From NCBI GenBank assembly GCA_047495785.1, contig JBLDXI010000010.1, positions 2,604,001-2,668,000 on the forward strand: 64,000 nucleotides of DNA, read 5' to 3'. Shown one piece after another: positions 39,501 through 52,434 of this stretch. This stretch comes from Lepidodermella squamata (Eukaryota > Animalia > Gastrotricha). Each line of letters begins with the position of its first letter. Position 1 is the first letter of the stretch. A program made the position numbers and the translations under genes. The notes under the pieces were generated by a model. That model worked only from the letters and a program-made list of their open reading frames with translations, was not told the DNA's origin and searched no databases.

Positions 39501-42500
39501 CTAACGCTAATAATAAGCTGCTGCTGCAGACGAAACAGAAGCAGAAGAGAATCTGCACAAGAATAATGACTGTAAGCAAGCAAGCGACGCCGGCCGGCCG
39601 GCCGGTCCGTCCGTCGGCCTGCCTGCCTGCCTGCCGGCTGTGCACAGCGAAAATGGCTACATTTACGTTGCAGTGTTTGAAAACTCAGTGAGTCAGAGTA
39701 GTATGCGCCGCAAGCAAGGCAAGCCCATGCGTAAAAAGCGAGCGCGGGGATGGGCGGCGGCGGCCAGTGGTTGGTCGGCTGTTGCTAATAATGCGCGCCC
39801 TTACGCTCGCTAATGGACCGCACACGCCAGCCACCACAAGCAGCGGCCACCACCACCGCGAAATGTCTGAAAAATGAGCGATTGTTGAGCTCATTTCGAG
39901 TAAAGTGGGCCTTGATGTGAGTAATGCGTGGTGTCTTAACTTGAACCACCGACTCTCGACTCTCAGGCAATCTTGCACTTGATCACTCACTGGTTCATGG
40001 CAACATTAGACGATAAATTGCGAATGCTTTTGCAAAACACGCCGACTCGCATTTTAATTACTATCAATAAATGAGCGCAGCAAAAATGTGTCAAAGCAAG
40101 TGTGTGTGTGTAATAAAAATGCGCGGACCTTGAAACAGCAACCGCGCCGCAGTGAAAATGAAACAAATGATGATGAGGATGATGATTTACAAATTTTGTT
40201 GTTTCTTTATTCAGGAGCATGGCTTGGCATGCTGGTGTGGCCGTTGCCGCCGCGGCCGTTGCACGCGTGTGCGAAGCCGCGGCGCAAGGACCTGCTCGAT
40301 CGCGTGACGGAGTGGGTGGACAAGCTGCGGCACCGCAGCGACTCGCTCGACTCGCTGTCGAACAACCCGGCGTTCGTGCACGAGCGGAACCTGCTGGTGC
40401 GCGAGGCGGCGCAGAAGCGCATCTCGACGCTGCAGCGGTTCGAAAGCGGCGCCGCCACGCCCAACACCACGTCTAGTCTTTCTGTGGCTGCGGTGACGCC
40501 GCCGACCTCGGGCAACCACCACCGAGGTTATCAGCAGGCGAATTACACGGGCGCGACGCTGCTGTTCACGCTGGGCGAGGACGGCGCGCAGCAACCGGCG
40601 GCGATTCTGTTCCGGCGCGCGACGTCGACGGGCGTGGCGCGGTGCCGCGCGAACGGCGCCACGTCGAAATCGTGCCCGGCCCTGTCGAACCTGGTGTGGA
40701 CGCCGCACGCGCAGCACCCGCTCATCGAGAAGTCGAACGAGCCTCCGCCGTCGCAGCCGCCGCAGCCCATGTCGATGACGATGGTGAATCGACGGCAACG
40801 ATCGGCGACCACGGGTACGCCAGGAGGGGGTATGGGTATGGGCAACGCGTCACCGTGCTCGTCGACGTCGCGCTCGACTTCGGGCGTCGTGTGCGAGATT
40901 GCGGAACTCGGCGACGTGGCCACAACCCCGCCGCCGTCGGCTAATGTTGGCCCTGCGAAGAAGAAATCTGCGCTTAAACAGTCTTTCACTAGTAATAACA
41001 ACAACAATAGTAATAATAATAGACGATTGCGATCGCAACAACAACAAGATGATTGCGATGGCGATGAGGACGACGACGACTATGGCAATACGCCAATGAC
41101 GTCTGTCAGCCAGACGGAAGTGCTGCGGGCGGCTGCGAGGCGGCTTCGAGGCGGCGGCGGAGGTGGTCGCGGTCATCATCACCGTGGTGGCGGTGGTCGC
41201 AATTCTGACTTGCCGACGTCGTCGTCGACGTCGGACTTTGCGATTCTGCCGCAGGCGAAGCCGATGCCGCTGCTGTCGGCCGGCTGCTGCGCCTGCGTCA
41301 AGAAGGCGCTCGAACAGTCGCTCGACATCTCGCTGCTGCGCGACTCGCGCTTCTGGATCCTCGCCCTCGGCAACATTGCCGCCATGATGGGTAAGCGACG
41401 CTAACTTTTGTTTGTTTACTACCGATTTTACCGATTGTCTTAGCCAATAAATGAAGGCACTAGTTTTCTTGAAATTTGCCTATAAATTATGGACTAAATA
41501 TTTTATTTGCTGGCTGAAAAGATGGATAGGCTTATCGTTTCAGATTGACGTAGCATGATTGAACCAAACATTTTCAAAATCTACTCTGAGGATTCATCAC
41601 TCGTATCGCTTTTCGAAATTGATAATTCGCAGAACACGACGGCATCACAATCTGTTGATGTCAGAAATTTGCAAAACCCCAAATTTCAGTAGTAGCAAAG
41701 TAAACGTTTCTCTAATTGTTTTTTGTGTTTGCGCTTGCAGGCCTGTACCAGATAATCTTCGTGCTGCCGGCGTTGGCGGCGTACGCGGACAACGACGACT
41801 CGGCGCACATCACCAGTGTCATCATGGCGGTGTTTGGCGGCACGCACACGATCGGCCGCGTGCTCACCGGCGTGCTGTCTGGGCCGCGCTTCCGCCCCCT
41901 GTTGCTCTGCAACACCGCCTTCGTGCTGTCGATGGGCGTGTTCGGCGTGTTCGCGGTGGCGCAACAACCGCTCGGCTACCCGGTGCTGTGCGCACTCGCC
42001 GCCCTGCACGGCCTGTGCTACGCCTTCTTCGCCGTCCTCTCCACCGTCATCATCGTCAACGTGTTCGGCGTGCGCAAGCTCTCCTCCTGCTTCGGCATGA
42101 TCACGTTGGCGCGAGGGCTAGCGCCTTACTTGACAACACTGTCGTACCAACTGGCGTATACGATAGGCCCACAGCAGCAGCAGCAACAACTGGCTGCTGC
42201 TGCGGCAGCGAGTGGTGGAGCGAACGAATCAGTCGACGGCGTGTCTCTGGCTTTAGGCGGCGGCGGCGAGCCGGTGCAGTCGCGCGAGACGATGGACGCG
42301 GAGACGCGCTACGTGCAGCGGACGTACGGCGTCGCCGGCATGGTCTACGTCGGGCTCGCCTTCGCCTTTCACTTGCTGCTCCACTTTCGCTACTTCAAAC
42401 GGCGTCTCCTCGACGTGCAACTGCGCGGCAACAAGTCGTCGCAGCACCGCGGCCCGCGCCTCCGCTGCGTCTCCGTGCCAACACCTAGCAGTCTTTCAGG

Positions 42501-42993
42501 TTAGTCTACTTGCTTGTACTCAATGTGAGATGCGTCCAAAACAGCTAGCTATCTATCACTTGTGGTAAGCTAGCATAAGTTAGACAGGATCGAAAATCGG
42601 ATTTATTTCCATGCTATCCATCGATTTATCACGTCTTTATTTATTGAGCTTAACACGTCGATGAGGCAGTGAAACGGTTTTTTAGTATTACGACAATGGT
42701 GTTAATTTTCTTTTCTTGTGTTTGTTTGCTGGCGAATAGGCTATCGGCTAGCAGCAGGTGCCGCACGCTCGGCTGCCGACATTGACATTGACGAGGAAGA
42801 AGAAGAAGAAGCAACAACAGTGGAACAACAACTAGAAGCATCCGCAGCTGCAGCGACTGAACAACAGCCAATGCAAGCCACCGCATCACTCGGCCAAGTC
42901 GATGAAATCGACGACAACAACAACAACAGTCGAGTAGCAGCAGACATACAGCAGCAGCAAAGGACTGCACAAGTGACGAATTCGAACAGGTAG
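36583..42993 (+). CDS. Monocarboxylate transporter family (SLC16/MFS); exons 36583-37301, 37362-37453, 38418-38768, 40215-41390, 41741-42499, 42740-42993 (possible further exon 43245-43350)
   Basis: SLC16 signature PPDGGWGWVVV, FGVMGGVGLG, YFDKRRPLALALAVCGSG, and LDISLLRD after a very long TM6-7 loop; all junctions are phase consistent. Confidence 0.9.
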
Positions 42994-45344
42994 CACAGGC
43001 CACCCGGCAGGCAGGCAGGCACACGTGCTGATGATGCTGATGCTGATGAATTGATTGCATTGGGGATGCATGAATCGATCATCGATGGACAGATATGCCG
43101 AGTTTGAATAATAATAATTTGGACGAAATCGATCTTTCTCGCTCGCTCGCTCGCTCGCTTCACTTTTCGACATACAAACACACACACACTTACCAAGTCT
43201 TTCGTCGTCGCCGTTACGAGTGTCGCGTCGATTCAGCATTTCAGCATCAATTCATCGTCCCACCCACCAGCTGCCCGTCTGCCGACGAGCCACAGCAACA
43301 GCAACAGTCTTTTGGCCCGCCTGTCCTGCCCTGCTCTGTCCTGCGAATAACAACAAGTCTTGGTGTCTGCGTGCGAGTCTTCCCGGCGGGTCGCAGTCGC
43401 CTAAACTGATGAATAATAAAACAGTCGTCCTCGATGTATCGATGAATCGAACTGATCAATCAATCGATTGATTGATTAGTGTATCGATATCGCGCGTTTG
43501 TTCTTGTTTGCTAGTTTGTTACATTATTAAAACAACAAATATTACTAACACTTATTATTATTATTATTACCAATATATATATACATATAATATCTATGAT
43601 GATGATACTAATAATGTGTTACATTGATAGATGAAACAATTGATGAAAGAAAGAGTCAGTCAGTCAGTTGGTCAGTCACTTACAAAAGTGCGTGTGTGTT
43701 GTCATTAGCATTGTCATTAGCATCGCCACCACAACCATCATCATCCTGATCATCATCTTGTTCCTTCCTTACTCCTCGTATGATGAGTACCTATGAGAAA
43801 GCGCAGTCGTCGTCATCGTCGTCATATAATAATGATAAGGCACCTTCCACCACCCCCTTTCAGCAAATCATTTTTCTTCTCGTAGACTCCTCATAGATTA
43901 TTACGTAATTATTATCAATTGATTGATTCATTGATTGATTGTTGTTTCTTTGTAGTAGCTCTGTATCAATCTACCTACATGTATAACTAACTATCTACAT
44001 ACCTATCATTGGTAGGTACCATCATCATCATTTTCATTATCATTCATGTTATTATTATTCTATTAATAATATCTCAAATATTATTCTATTATTAACATTA
44101 TTGATACGAGTGGCGCCGCCGCCGCCTGTCGATCGTCGTATTTTTTCTCAGAAAAACGGAAAAAAACAAGCACAATAAGCACACTGACATGTGCGTGTTC
44201 TCGTTCTCGTCTCTTATTGATCACAGCAGCAGCAGCAGCAACAGCGATCGCGTGCCTTTTTCTTGCGCTCTCTTGCTCTCTCTCTCTCTCTCTCGCTCTC
44301 TTGAGACAGTTTTTCATCCGTAGTGGTGGCGACTAGATACCTAGCTCTACCACCACCACCACAACCAATGCCCGTTTATTAACCTGGATCAACCTGCTAA
44401 CACAATCAATCCGAAACCGACTGCGCTGTTATGATGATACCAACCGCTAAACCCAACACAACTCTTCTGATGATACATACCCTGGAATATAAACAAACAA
44501 TAATAGCGATGACATGATGGTTGATCAACACAACTTGTACATTTGAATTTCGAAAAATTATATATTATATATATGATACAAAAGATATATTATTATTATT
44601 AATATTATTATTATCATTATCAATTGTACTTACGTATACATATAGATATATATATGAAATGAATGAATGAATGAATAGATGGTACACTAAATTGATAATG
44701 ATGAGAGAAAACTCTAAAACGACTTGACACAAGTGAGAATTCACGAAATGAAATAATGAATAAAAAACGTGAAAATGATACATAATTTACTGCGTTTTCT
44801 CCTTTTCGGGTACAATCTTCGGGTACATTTGAACCACAGTTTGCTTTCAGCAAAATCCGTTTCGACAATCGTACTCTTTACACGATATCAGTATTGCAGT
44901 TTGCTGACGCCAGGTACCCGAGCTTAGGTATTATATGCAGCCGATGAGAAAAGTGAATACGAAACCACGAAGCCATTTTCCACACATATAATCATTGAAC
45001 CTCAGTGACGAACAGCACAAAACGTGCACAAATCATTTGCTGTATGAACCCTCGACAACTTGAAGCAAGACAGTTGTTACCGTTTGTGCTCTAGGTATTC
45101 CTATGATGATTAACCATTGCATAAGGCATCGTTGAAGCTAAACCAGTTTTGTGTACGTTATTTCCTTACAAAATGATCACCGATCGCTTTACGAGTGATG
45201 ATTAGATGCTGCAAATATAACCCTTCAGGAATAACACACACACACGCGCACACACACACAACAGGTTGATGTTGCCTTGTACAGCAATACTGGCTAGCCA
45301 CATCATTGAGATCAAGCACTCAATTTAAACAACACCTGTCAGCT

Positions 45345-45397
45345 GTTATCGTCTTGAGACTAAAACGTATGGACTCGTTTTAGTCTCAAGGTTATCG
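45345..45397. mobile_element. ~40-bp hairpin micro-insertion with 6-7 bp target-site duplication
   Basis: CTTGAGACTAAAACG (45353-45367) and CGTTTTAGTCTCAAG (45376-45390) form a perfect 15-bp inverted repeat; GTTATCG is repeated on both sides. Confidence 0.65.
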
Positions 45398-45869
45398 CAC
45401 CGTGAATACTTGATCATCTCCGAGACGCCGCACTAACCACGCGTTATCATGGCAACGAAACTCCTTAAAAAATCGTCCTTTCGTGAATAAAAAGATAATA
45501 TTAGTAGTAGCCCACCATAATTTATATTCGCGAGTAGAATATCGGATAAAATTATTTTATTCATTTTAGACCTTGACGCCTTAAGCCGCGCGTTTTATTT
45601 TTCTCAGCGTCGCTCAAGCTCTCGCATCGGGTTACGCGACTCTTGAAAGATGGAAGATGATTGGTATGTGTGTGGTCAACCCAGTCGACCACCGGTTCAC
45701 ATTTTTGCTGGGAGCGATGGTAATTTTGCAGGAGTAAAAGCAGGTTGTTTGGTGTAGGCAACGCATCTTCACACCTCCCTCATGAACATCACAACCTGTG
45801 ACTTTTCATGAATGATGATGATGACCCAATTCAGGGTTTCGCAACAGAGGCACAAATTCTTTCGACAAG

Positions 45870-46260
45870 GTCACGTCACCAGGTTCTGTTGCTGGCTAGA
45901 TGGACGAGGTCTTCGTGGCAGTTAAGACTGGGGACCCAGGGCTGTCGCTTAATATGCTTAGTCGTGGTCGTTTTATATGGGGATTTGCTTTCTGGAGGTC
46001 TTAGGCGAATAATTTCGGCAAGACGATTAGACACCTCCCGGGGAACGGTTGACCGGGCTTCAAAAATATTGATCCATAGCAACCTGAGCGGGAGTTAGCG
46101 CCGGGAGCCGTAGAATTTAAGTAACCAAATAGCCTCCATCTTCGCCTTTTGACGGTTACGGACAGCGGTTCTTCCTTCGTGTTGTGATACGGATCGTTAT
46201 AGGAGATGGTAACTTGGCTGTGATGTGCGGTGGCGCCGTTATACAGGAATCTGGCTTAAT
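45870..46260 (-). mobile_element. Decayed 3' fragment of an RTE-like non-LTR retrotransposon
   Basis: Frameshifted translation ISYNDPYHNTKEEPLSVTVKRRRWRLFGY / ILRLPALTPAQVAMDQYF ... LNCHEDLVHLASNRTW matches the pattern of the post-RT C-terminal region of RTE-clade ORFs. Confidence 0.6.
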
Positions 46261-46747
46261 TTCCAAGCGCTAAGGCGCTCAGAGAAGCTTTCAGGCGCCG
46301 TCCATGCCGACGAAACTTACCAGAACGATAGTAAATATCAGGGCGAAGGCTTTGCCAAGGAGTGACCTCAGAATAATTTTGTTATTGCCGCTAAGGGATA
46401 GAATATCTGTAAAATGTGCAATGTGCAATTGAGGTTGAAGCTGAGTAAACGATAATAATGACTTTCTGATATTATATTTACTTATTACTCGTTATCTATG
46501 ACTTTTCTCAACTCTTGTTGTCCTGGGAAATGTAGCATCTTGCATGTAGCATTGAAGAAGCTCTTGTCTTATTAACACAACTGTTAATTTCGAGCTCGTA
46601 GACCCTTCGAACAATAGCCTTTTACTAGCTTTCACGTCAGTAATATTTGTCGAATTGCCGACGTGCTCAAAAATGACTATCTACTATGTTTTCAATTAGT
46701 TAGATTCCATTTACTTGCTCAATTCAAATCGCAGCCGTTGGTCAATC

Positions 46748-47983
46748 ATGGAGAAAGAGAAGCTACTCGACGCCAAGATTGAGCAGATTCGTAAGAAGGC
46801 ACGTGAGCAAGAAGAACGCGAGCGGGTGAGTGTTTTTTACTTCGACTAACTATTTAAGTGTTCTATTGTTGTATTTGATCATCAGCGCTTACGTGAGGAG
46901 GAAGAGGCGATTCTAGCCGAGCTTGGCTACCGTCCGGCTAAATCAGCCGACGACGTCGAAGCAGAAGCGCCAGTGTCGAATGGCGATGGCGATGGCGACG
47001 ATGGCGAGGAAGCGACAGACCCGGCGACAGTGGAGAACGGATCGTCGCGAGGCTTGAATGTGCGACTGGCGCACATGGACGACCCGGAGGTGATTGCAGC
47101 TGCGGAGAAGGCGGCCGCCGACTCGCTGAAGTGGCGCGAGGAACGACTGAAGGCGGACGCCGACCGTGAAATACGCGCCAAGTCGTTCGGCACTCGCGAG
47201 TGGGACGAGGGCAAGGACGCGGCGATGAATGGGCGCAATCGCAACAACAATGGCTATAACCGGAGATCAGACCCGATTGCCGGTGCCGGTAATGGCCGGG
47301 GTCGAGGTTACGCCGCTAATAGCAACAACCAGCAGCGGTCGAATGGCTGGACGACTGGTCCGCGGGGTGGATCGAACAGCAGCAGCAGTAACACGAGGCG
47401 GAGTCATGACGGCGGGTCTGCGTTGAAGTCGCCTACTGGCGGCCAGAATGGCCATGTTCCGACGCGGACTCGCAAGGTCTCGGCCGAGTCGAACGAGCAG
47501 CAGCAGCAGGTGGTGGGCAAAAGCAACGGCGCTGCGGCTGCGAGTGTGACGTCACCGGTTCGAGGTTCGCCGAGGCGAGGCGGCCGTCACGGCCACGATA
47601 TTCGTCATAAACACGACAGGAAGTCTGCGACGGCGGCGGTAGCGGGAGAACCCAAGCCGGGCGAGCCGTCGTCGTCTGAGGTTGAGGTGCGGCAAGTTGC
47701 GGACGAGCTGGTCTCGTCTGCCATCGAATCGGCGCTCAGCCTCGTGAAAGCAGCCGACGAACGAAAAGAAGAAGAACCTCAAGCAGAGAATGGTGTTGCT
47801 GCTAGCTCAGAAGAGGAACGGAAACCCGCCGCCATAGCTCAAGTTGAGAAGGAGGAGGAGGAGGAAACTTCGAAACCAGCATCAAATGCTGTTGTCGAAA
47901 ATGAAGAATCTGCAAGTGCTGAGAAGGCATCATCGCCTGACGAGCCGCAAGAGCAGCAGCAGCAGCCTGAACAGAGTGAATGA
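46748..47983 (+). CDS. CCDC9: CCDC9-family protein, ~391 aa, exons 46748-46825 and 46886-47983
   Basis: N-terminal coiled coil EKLLDAKIEQIRKK..ERER and WREERLKADADR..REWDEGK, resembling the CCDC9 WKQER..ID..R..REWD.EK motif; RG-rich and acidic tail. Confidence 0.65.
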
Positions 47984-49394
47984 AAAGGACTCGTGCAACA
48001 GAAATCTATCGCTTCTTTCGTCTTGTTTGTATACAACTACTAAACCTACTACTACTACCACTACTTGAACCATTTGATCACACACCATTATTGATTTGAA
48101 ACCAGCTCATTGATGTACTTACTTATCCGACCGACGAGAAGAGTCATTCTTTTACTAAGAGATCGAAAAAGTATTGTTGTTGTACGCATTTTGCCAAGTC
48201 GTCGGCACATATTAGAGCTGACTTTAATCCTGAAATGTTTTCGTCGAGAAAAAACGTCTCATAGCCGTGCATCTGTCAATGTTTACTACACATTTTTAGA
48301 ACAAAAATCCCTTGGTTTCTGGGTAAGGTTCACCGCGTTGAATGAACTGTTTTGGGTTCATTTCATTCGTGGACTAGCTCCATCTTTATTTGATTTATCA
48401 TTTGATTTATTGAGCAGCATTTGCAAAACTGTCTGTTTTTTGTTGTTGAAAGCTAGCTACGAGAAGCCACATGCAACGTTTACCTTCCTTCTTCCTGTGT
48501 ATCCGCTTTTATTCACCAACAATTATTTTTTGTCTTCTTTTTTCGCCGTCGCTAATCGCTCCGTCATTACATTGTCATAAAACTATAATGATGATGATGT
48601 GTTATTTACCGCTTGAAAGGCGGGCTAAACCGGACTTGACGATGCAACATTACGGAAGCAACAAAATGCTTATACAAATCGCTGCCTTTAACGCTGTCTT
48701 CTCGCTCTCTCGCTGTGTCTTCTCTTGTTTCTATTTGTCGCCGCTGCAATTTTTGAAATTGACGTTCACTTTGAAATTATTGCTCCGAAGAATGAATGAA
48801 CCTTCTTCTTGTATACGCGTTTATGTATAAACAAAATGTGCTACATACTACTACTATGTATTGGCGTGTACAGGTGATGCCTAAAATCGTATATCTAAAA
48901 TTATTATTATTATTCTTTGCAAAAAAACATTTGGAAAAACGATCACAGATTTTGAATTAAAAAGATCAACATTTTTGCTATCGCGTGCTATCACCGTCTA
49001 TTGGTCAAGCATTTTCAAACCGGCACCGAAGGAGACAAGAAAGCATATCTCGAATTGCTCATCAAATCGCTAGAAGTACAATGGGAGTTTGGATTGGAGA
49101 TAACTAAGCAAGCAATGTATACATAGCAGATGGCAGTAGGTATAGAAGTCTATAGCAGTGAGGGAAGCTACTTCAGTCATTGTGACAACCGCATTTGCAT
49201 TTGCGCCACAACCGGTGTCAAATCGCTGCAAAATGATGCATGGGCGTAGTTGTTATCACTGCCAGCATAAGCATAGCCTTTTTACCCTTGATTCCTTTCA
49301 TTGTTGCTCAATCTAGGATGTTAAATTCTGTCCGTTCCCGTTCACGTTCATGCTAAAACATTTTAGTTTTTATAATCATTCATCAATCAAACGT

Positions 49395-49563
49395 GGCAGA
49401 AATGTATTCCTGCCGAGTTGCCGTTTTGCCGTATCGTCAAAATAAGACACTCTGCCCAATAATCGTTTGCCGCATTGTCGTTTTGGGTCCTTATTAACAT
49501 TTTTAAATGTAGAATTCTCGTGCCGAGTTGTCGCATGTTGAATAGTCGCTTACTCAGTTGTCG
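49395..49563 (+). repeat. Degenerate ~15-bp tandem motif TGCCGAGTTGTCG (about 8 copies)
   Basis: Copies at about 49395, 49411, 49427, 49453, 49468, 49521, 49536 and 49551; resembles the subterminal repeats of a non-autonomous DNA transposon. Confidence 0.55.
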
Positions 49564-49856
49564 TCATATACCCAAGAAAGAGAATTCGCCGCCATTCGAA
49601 GCACTAACTTTCTCAAGGATTCAGAAAGAATGGAAAAAGGTTGGAATCTGAGCTGGCACTTGCACATTGCGCATTGCAAAATTGGCGATGACTTGAGGGT
49701 GACAACTTTCGATCTAGCTTTGCAACTGCCTTTGCAGAGATTAACGTGACTATTCGAGGGTGCTTTTTCAAGCTTACAATGAGAGGCTTAGATAGAGGTT
49801 TCTCCCGGTTTTCTTTCACCTCTTTCTTCTTTCTTCTTTGTTCTTGCGTGTTTCAG

Positions 49857-50636
49857 ACGACTGCTACGAGCGTCAAGTTCGAGGACCTTAAGGCCCAGTC
49901 ATATTTCAAGGGCAGGGGCCATCTGCGAGGGGTCATCATTTACGTTTCTGACTGCCGGCGAGCGGGAGGCGGCGGCGATCACGACCGCGTGCTCAATGGA
50001 GTCTTGGTGATGTCGACCACCACTCGCGGCGCGTGCCTGCCGTTCGAGTGGTGGATGAAGAGCTCCGAGAACACGGTGTACCAGGAGCTGGCGATCGGTA
50101 GCCGTCTCCGGCTTCGGAACTTCAAGGTCATCGCAGGCGTCGTGCGGTCGTACGTTTGGGAGCCGTACGTCACCGACTTCCCGACGATGCTGCTGCCGCC
50201 GGGCCAGGTCAGCGACGTCATCACGCGTGGCCTGACGCTGACGATGTCGATGGCGAACAGCGTCGACATTATCGGGTCGCCTCTCGGCATCCTCGAGCTC
50301 GTGCCTCTGTCGTGGGTGCGCTTCACCGACGTCGAGGAGTGGGAGTGGGAATATGCGCACGCTGCCGCAAGCCCGCAGCAAAATCGGCGTGCTGCTATTC
50401 GACTCGCCGGCCGAGCGCATTTGTACTGCCGTTTCGCGAAGCTGGGCGGTGGCGGCCTCGTGTTGAAGCGCGCCGACGACATTGAGCCCAAGTCGGTAGG
50501 GCCGTTCGGGCAGCTGAACCAGCGAGCGGTGGTGTCGGGCAGCCAGTGGTGGCTGGAGAAGCCCAAGTCCGGCTTCCGGTACGCGGCCCGCCTGCAGACC
50601 GCCAGCAGCAGGAAAAGGCGCGTGAAAAGCGCGTGA
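49857..50636 (+). CDS. Orphan protein, OB-fold-like N-terminal region, basic C-terminus (259 codons after a strong acceptor; true start unresolved)
   Basis: GC3-rich open frame beginning exactly after a polypyrimidine tract and TTTCAG. The pattern FEDL..LRGVIIYVSD..VLVM..LPFEWW..ELAIGSRLRLRNFKV resembles OB-fold beta-strand periodicity; ends in RKRRVK. Confidence 0.55.
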   Translation, partial: TTATSVKFEDLKAQSYFKGRGHLRGVIIYVSDCRRAGGGGDHDRVLNGVLVMSTTTRGACLPFEWWMKSSENTVYQELAIGSRLRLRNFKVIAGVVRSYVWEPYVTDFPTMLLPPGQVSDVITRGLTLTMSMANSVDIIGSPLGILELVPLSWVRFTDVEEWEWEYAHAAASPQQNRRAAIRLAGRAHLYCRFAKLGGGGLVLKRADDIEPKSVGPFGQLNQRAVVSGSQWWLEKPKSGFRYAARLQTASSRKRRVKSA

Positions 50637-50835
50637 ATAGGCGTCGGTCGCTTGAAACATCATCGAATGCATCGATGCCGAATTCAGCCAATTTGCTTAT
50701 TGTTGAGCTAGATGCGTCTGACTATTCTGATAGTACCTATACTTATCATATTACTCTAGGCGAAGCTCACATAATAACATAATAACATAATAAGAAACCG
50801 CTTATTTAAGGGGGATTTTTTAATTTTTACAGTGA

Positions 50836-51277
50836 GCACCGAAGGTGCGAAAACCTTGCCCCGCCGTGAAACGCGAGCGCAGCGAGCATCACGGGGCAAG
50901 GTTTTCGCCCGAGCAAAGCGAGGGGACGCTGATTTAATCGAGCGAAGCGAGAAAAAGCACTTGAAACTCTTCGAGCGAAGCGAGATCACTTTTCTTGTTT
51001 CAGCATGAAATTCGTTCAAAAATGCCGTTTTCATCGTAAAGTTTTAAGGTTGATTTTTTAAAGTCGCATTTCACACCAGAAAATCACCTATTATGTCACA
51101 TTTGTCCACTTAAATTGCAGTTTTATCGGGAACGGTGAACGCGTCGCCTTGAGTAATATGTCTAATAAGGCCCACGGTACGGCTAGTTCCTCGGAAAAAT
51201 CGCATAATAAGACTCGGCTTCGCCTCGCCTTATTATGTGACTTTTTCCTCGAAACTAGCCTTCCCTAGGGCCTTATT
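50836..51277. repeat. Structured repeat: GNA-triloop mini-hairpins and two long inverted repeats
   Basis: CGAGC(G/A)(A/C)AGCGAG four times, a 16-bp perfect inverted repeat (50847-50862 / 50893-50908) and an imperfect 114-bp foldback (51164-51277). Confidence 0.75.
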
Positions 51278-52434
51278 TATACATATGCAACGCTGTGTTG
51301 TATGCAGACATCTTGCTCTGCTTCTTTATATAGTTAGCAGTCTTTCAATGAGCAATAACAGTGTTGTTATTTCGTTGTACATATAATATGGCGAAACAAA
51401 GAACAACTGCCTCTATTCTTTGAGGCTACGGTTTCCGTGATTTGCGTAATATTTTGCTATTTAGACCTGATTATTGGTATTAGACCAGTTATTACTGCAA
51501 ATTAATGCACAGGCTTTTGTGCAAAAATTATAGCGAAAAACTATAGTGGAGTGGGAATCTAACTTAAAATTAGCCGAATAGCCAAAAGAAAGTTCTTCGA
51601 ACTTGAAACAACAACTTGAAACCCATTTCGCTTTTTATTTTTATGTTCCAGCTCTATCCAGCTCAAGCATGTTTTGCGCCGAAAAGATGTCGGCTCGTGT
51701 AAGCAGGCAGCCAATCAACAGTGACCTATAATAAAACCCAGATTGAAAAATTGTCAGTTGATGACCGTGAAATGTTCAGTTTTTTCAATGATACTCAAAA
51801 AGCCGCTATTTAAAAAGCTGGTTATAACGTCGAGGCTGATGCTTTTCAACGACAGTTACCTAATACTATCTAATAGTCTTGTGCATGTAATGAGTAAAAT
51901 CGCGTCTAGAAAACAATCGTGTCGTTTCGTGACATCAAAACGAGTTTTTAACAACCACCATCACTGCGTAGTAAAACGAGGCAATCATGTTCACTTTCAG
52001 GGCCACGTTTTTCACAATGAAACGGCGTCGGTGCGCCTGTGGCCATTGACACGAGCACGAAAATCCTTCATTCTCCATACTCTCTTTCGTCGGCGCCGCC
52101 GCTGATGCTGCTGCTGCTGAAATAAAACAGCGAATAAAAACGCGCGCTGAATGGGCGCGAAAAACAACGCGATTATGGCGCACACTCGCCGGTGCCACAA
52201 CTAGGCAATAAATAAAATAATAATCATCATCACCTGCCCTATATCGTCGTCGTCGCCGTAGTAGTAGTGGCGAGTGCGAACATCCGGTGCGCTCTCCACC
52301 TCTTATTGCACACACACAAATAAATCGCCATTTTTACACCTAGAAGCAGGGGCGCCGAGAATAATAACAATTTAAACAATTATTTTTTGCCCATATTAGT
52401 TTCATAATATCATCCTCGTATAAATGCGATTAAA

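Noticed and set aside
49395-49563. CRISPR-like array
   Set aside because: Eukaryotic context; repeats are ~13 bp, degenerate and nearly abutting, with no unique spacers and no cas genes.
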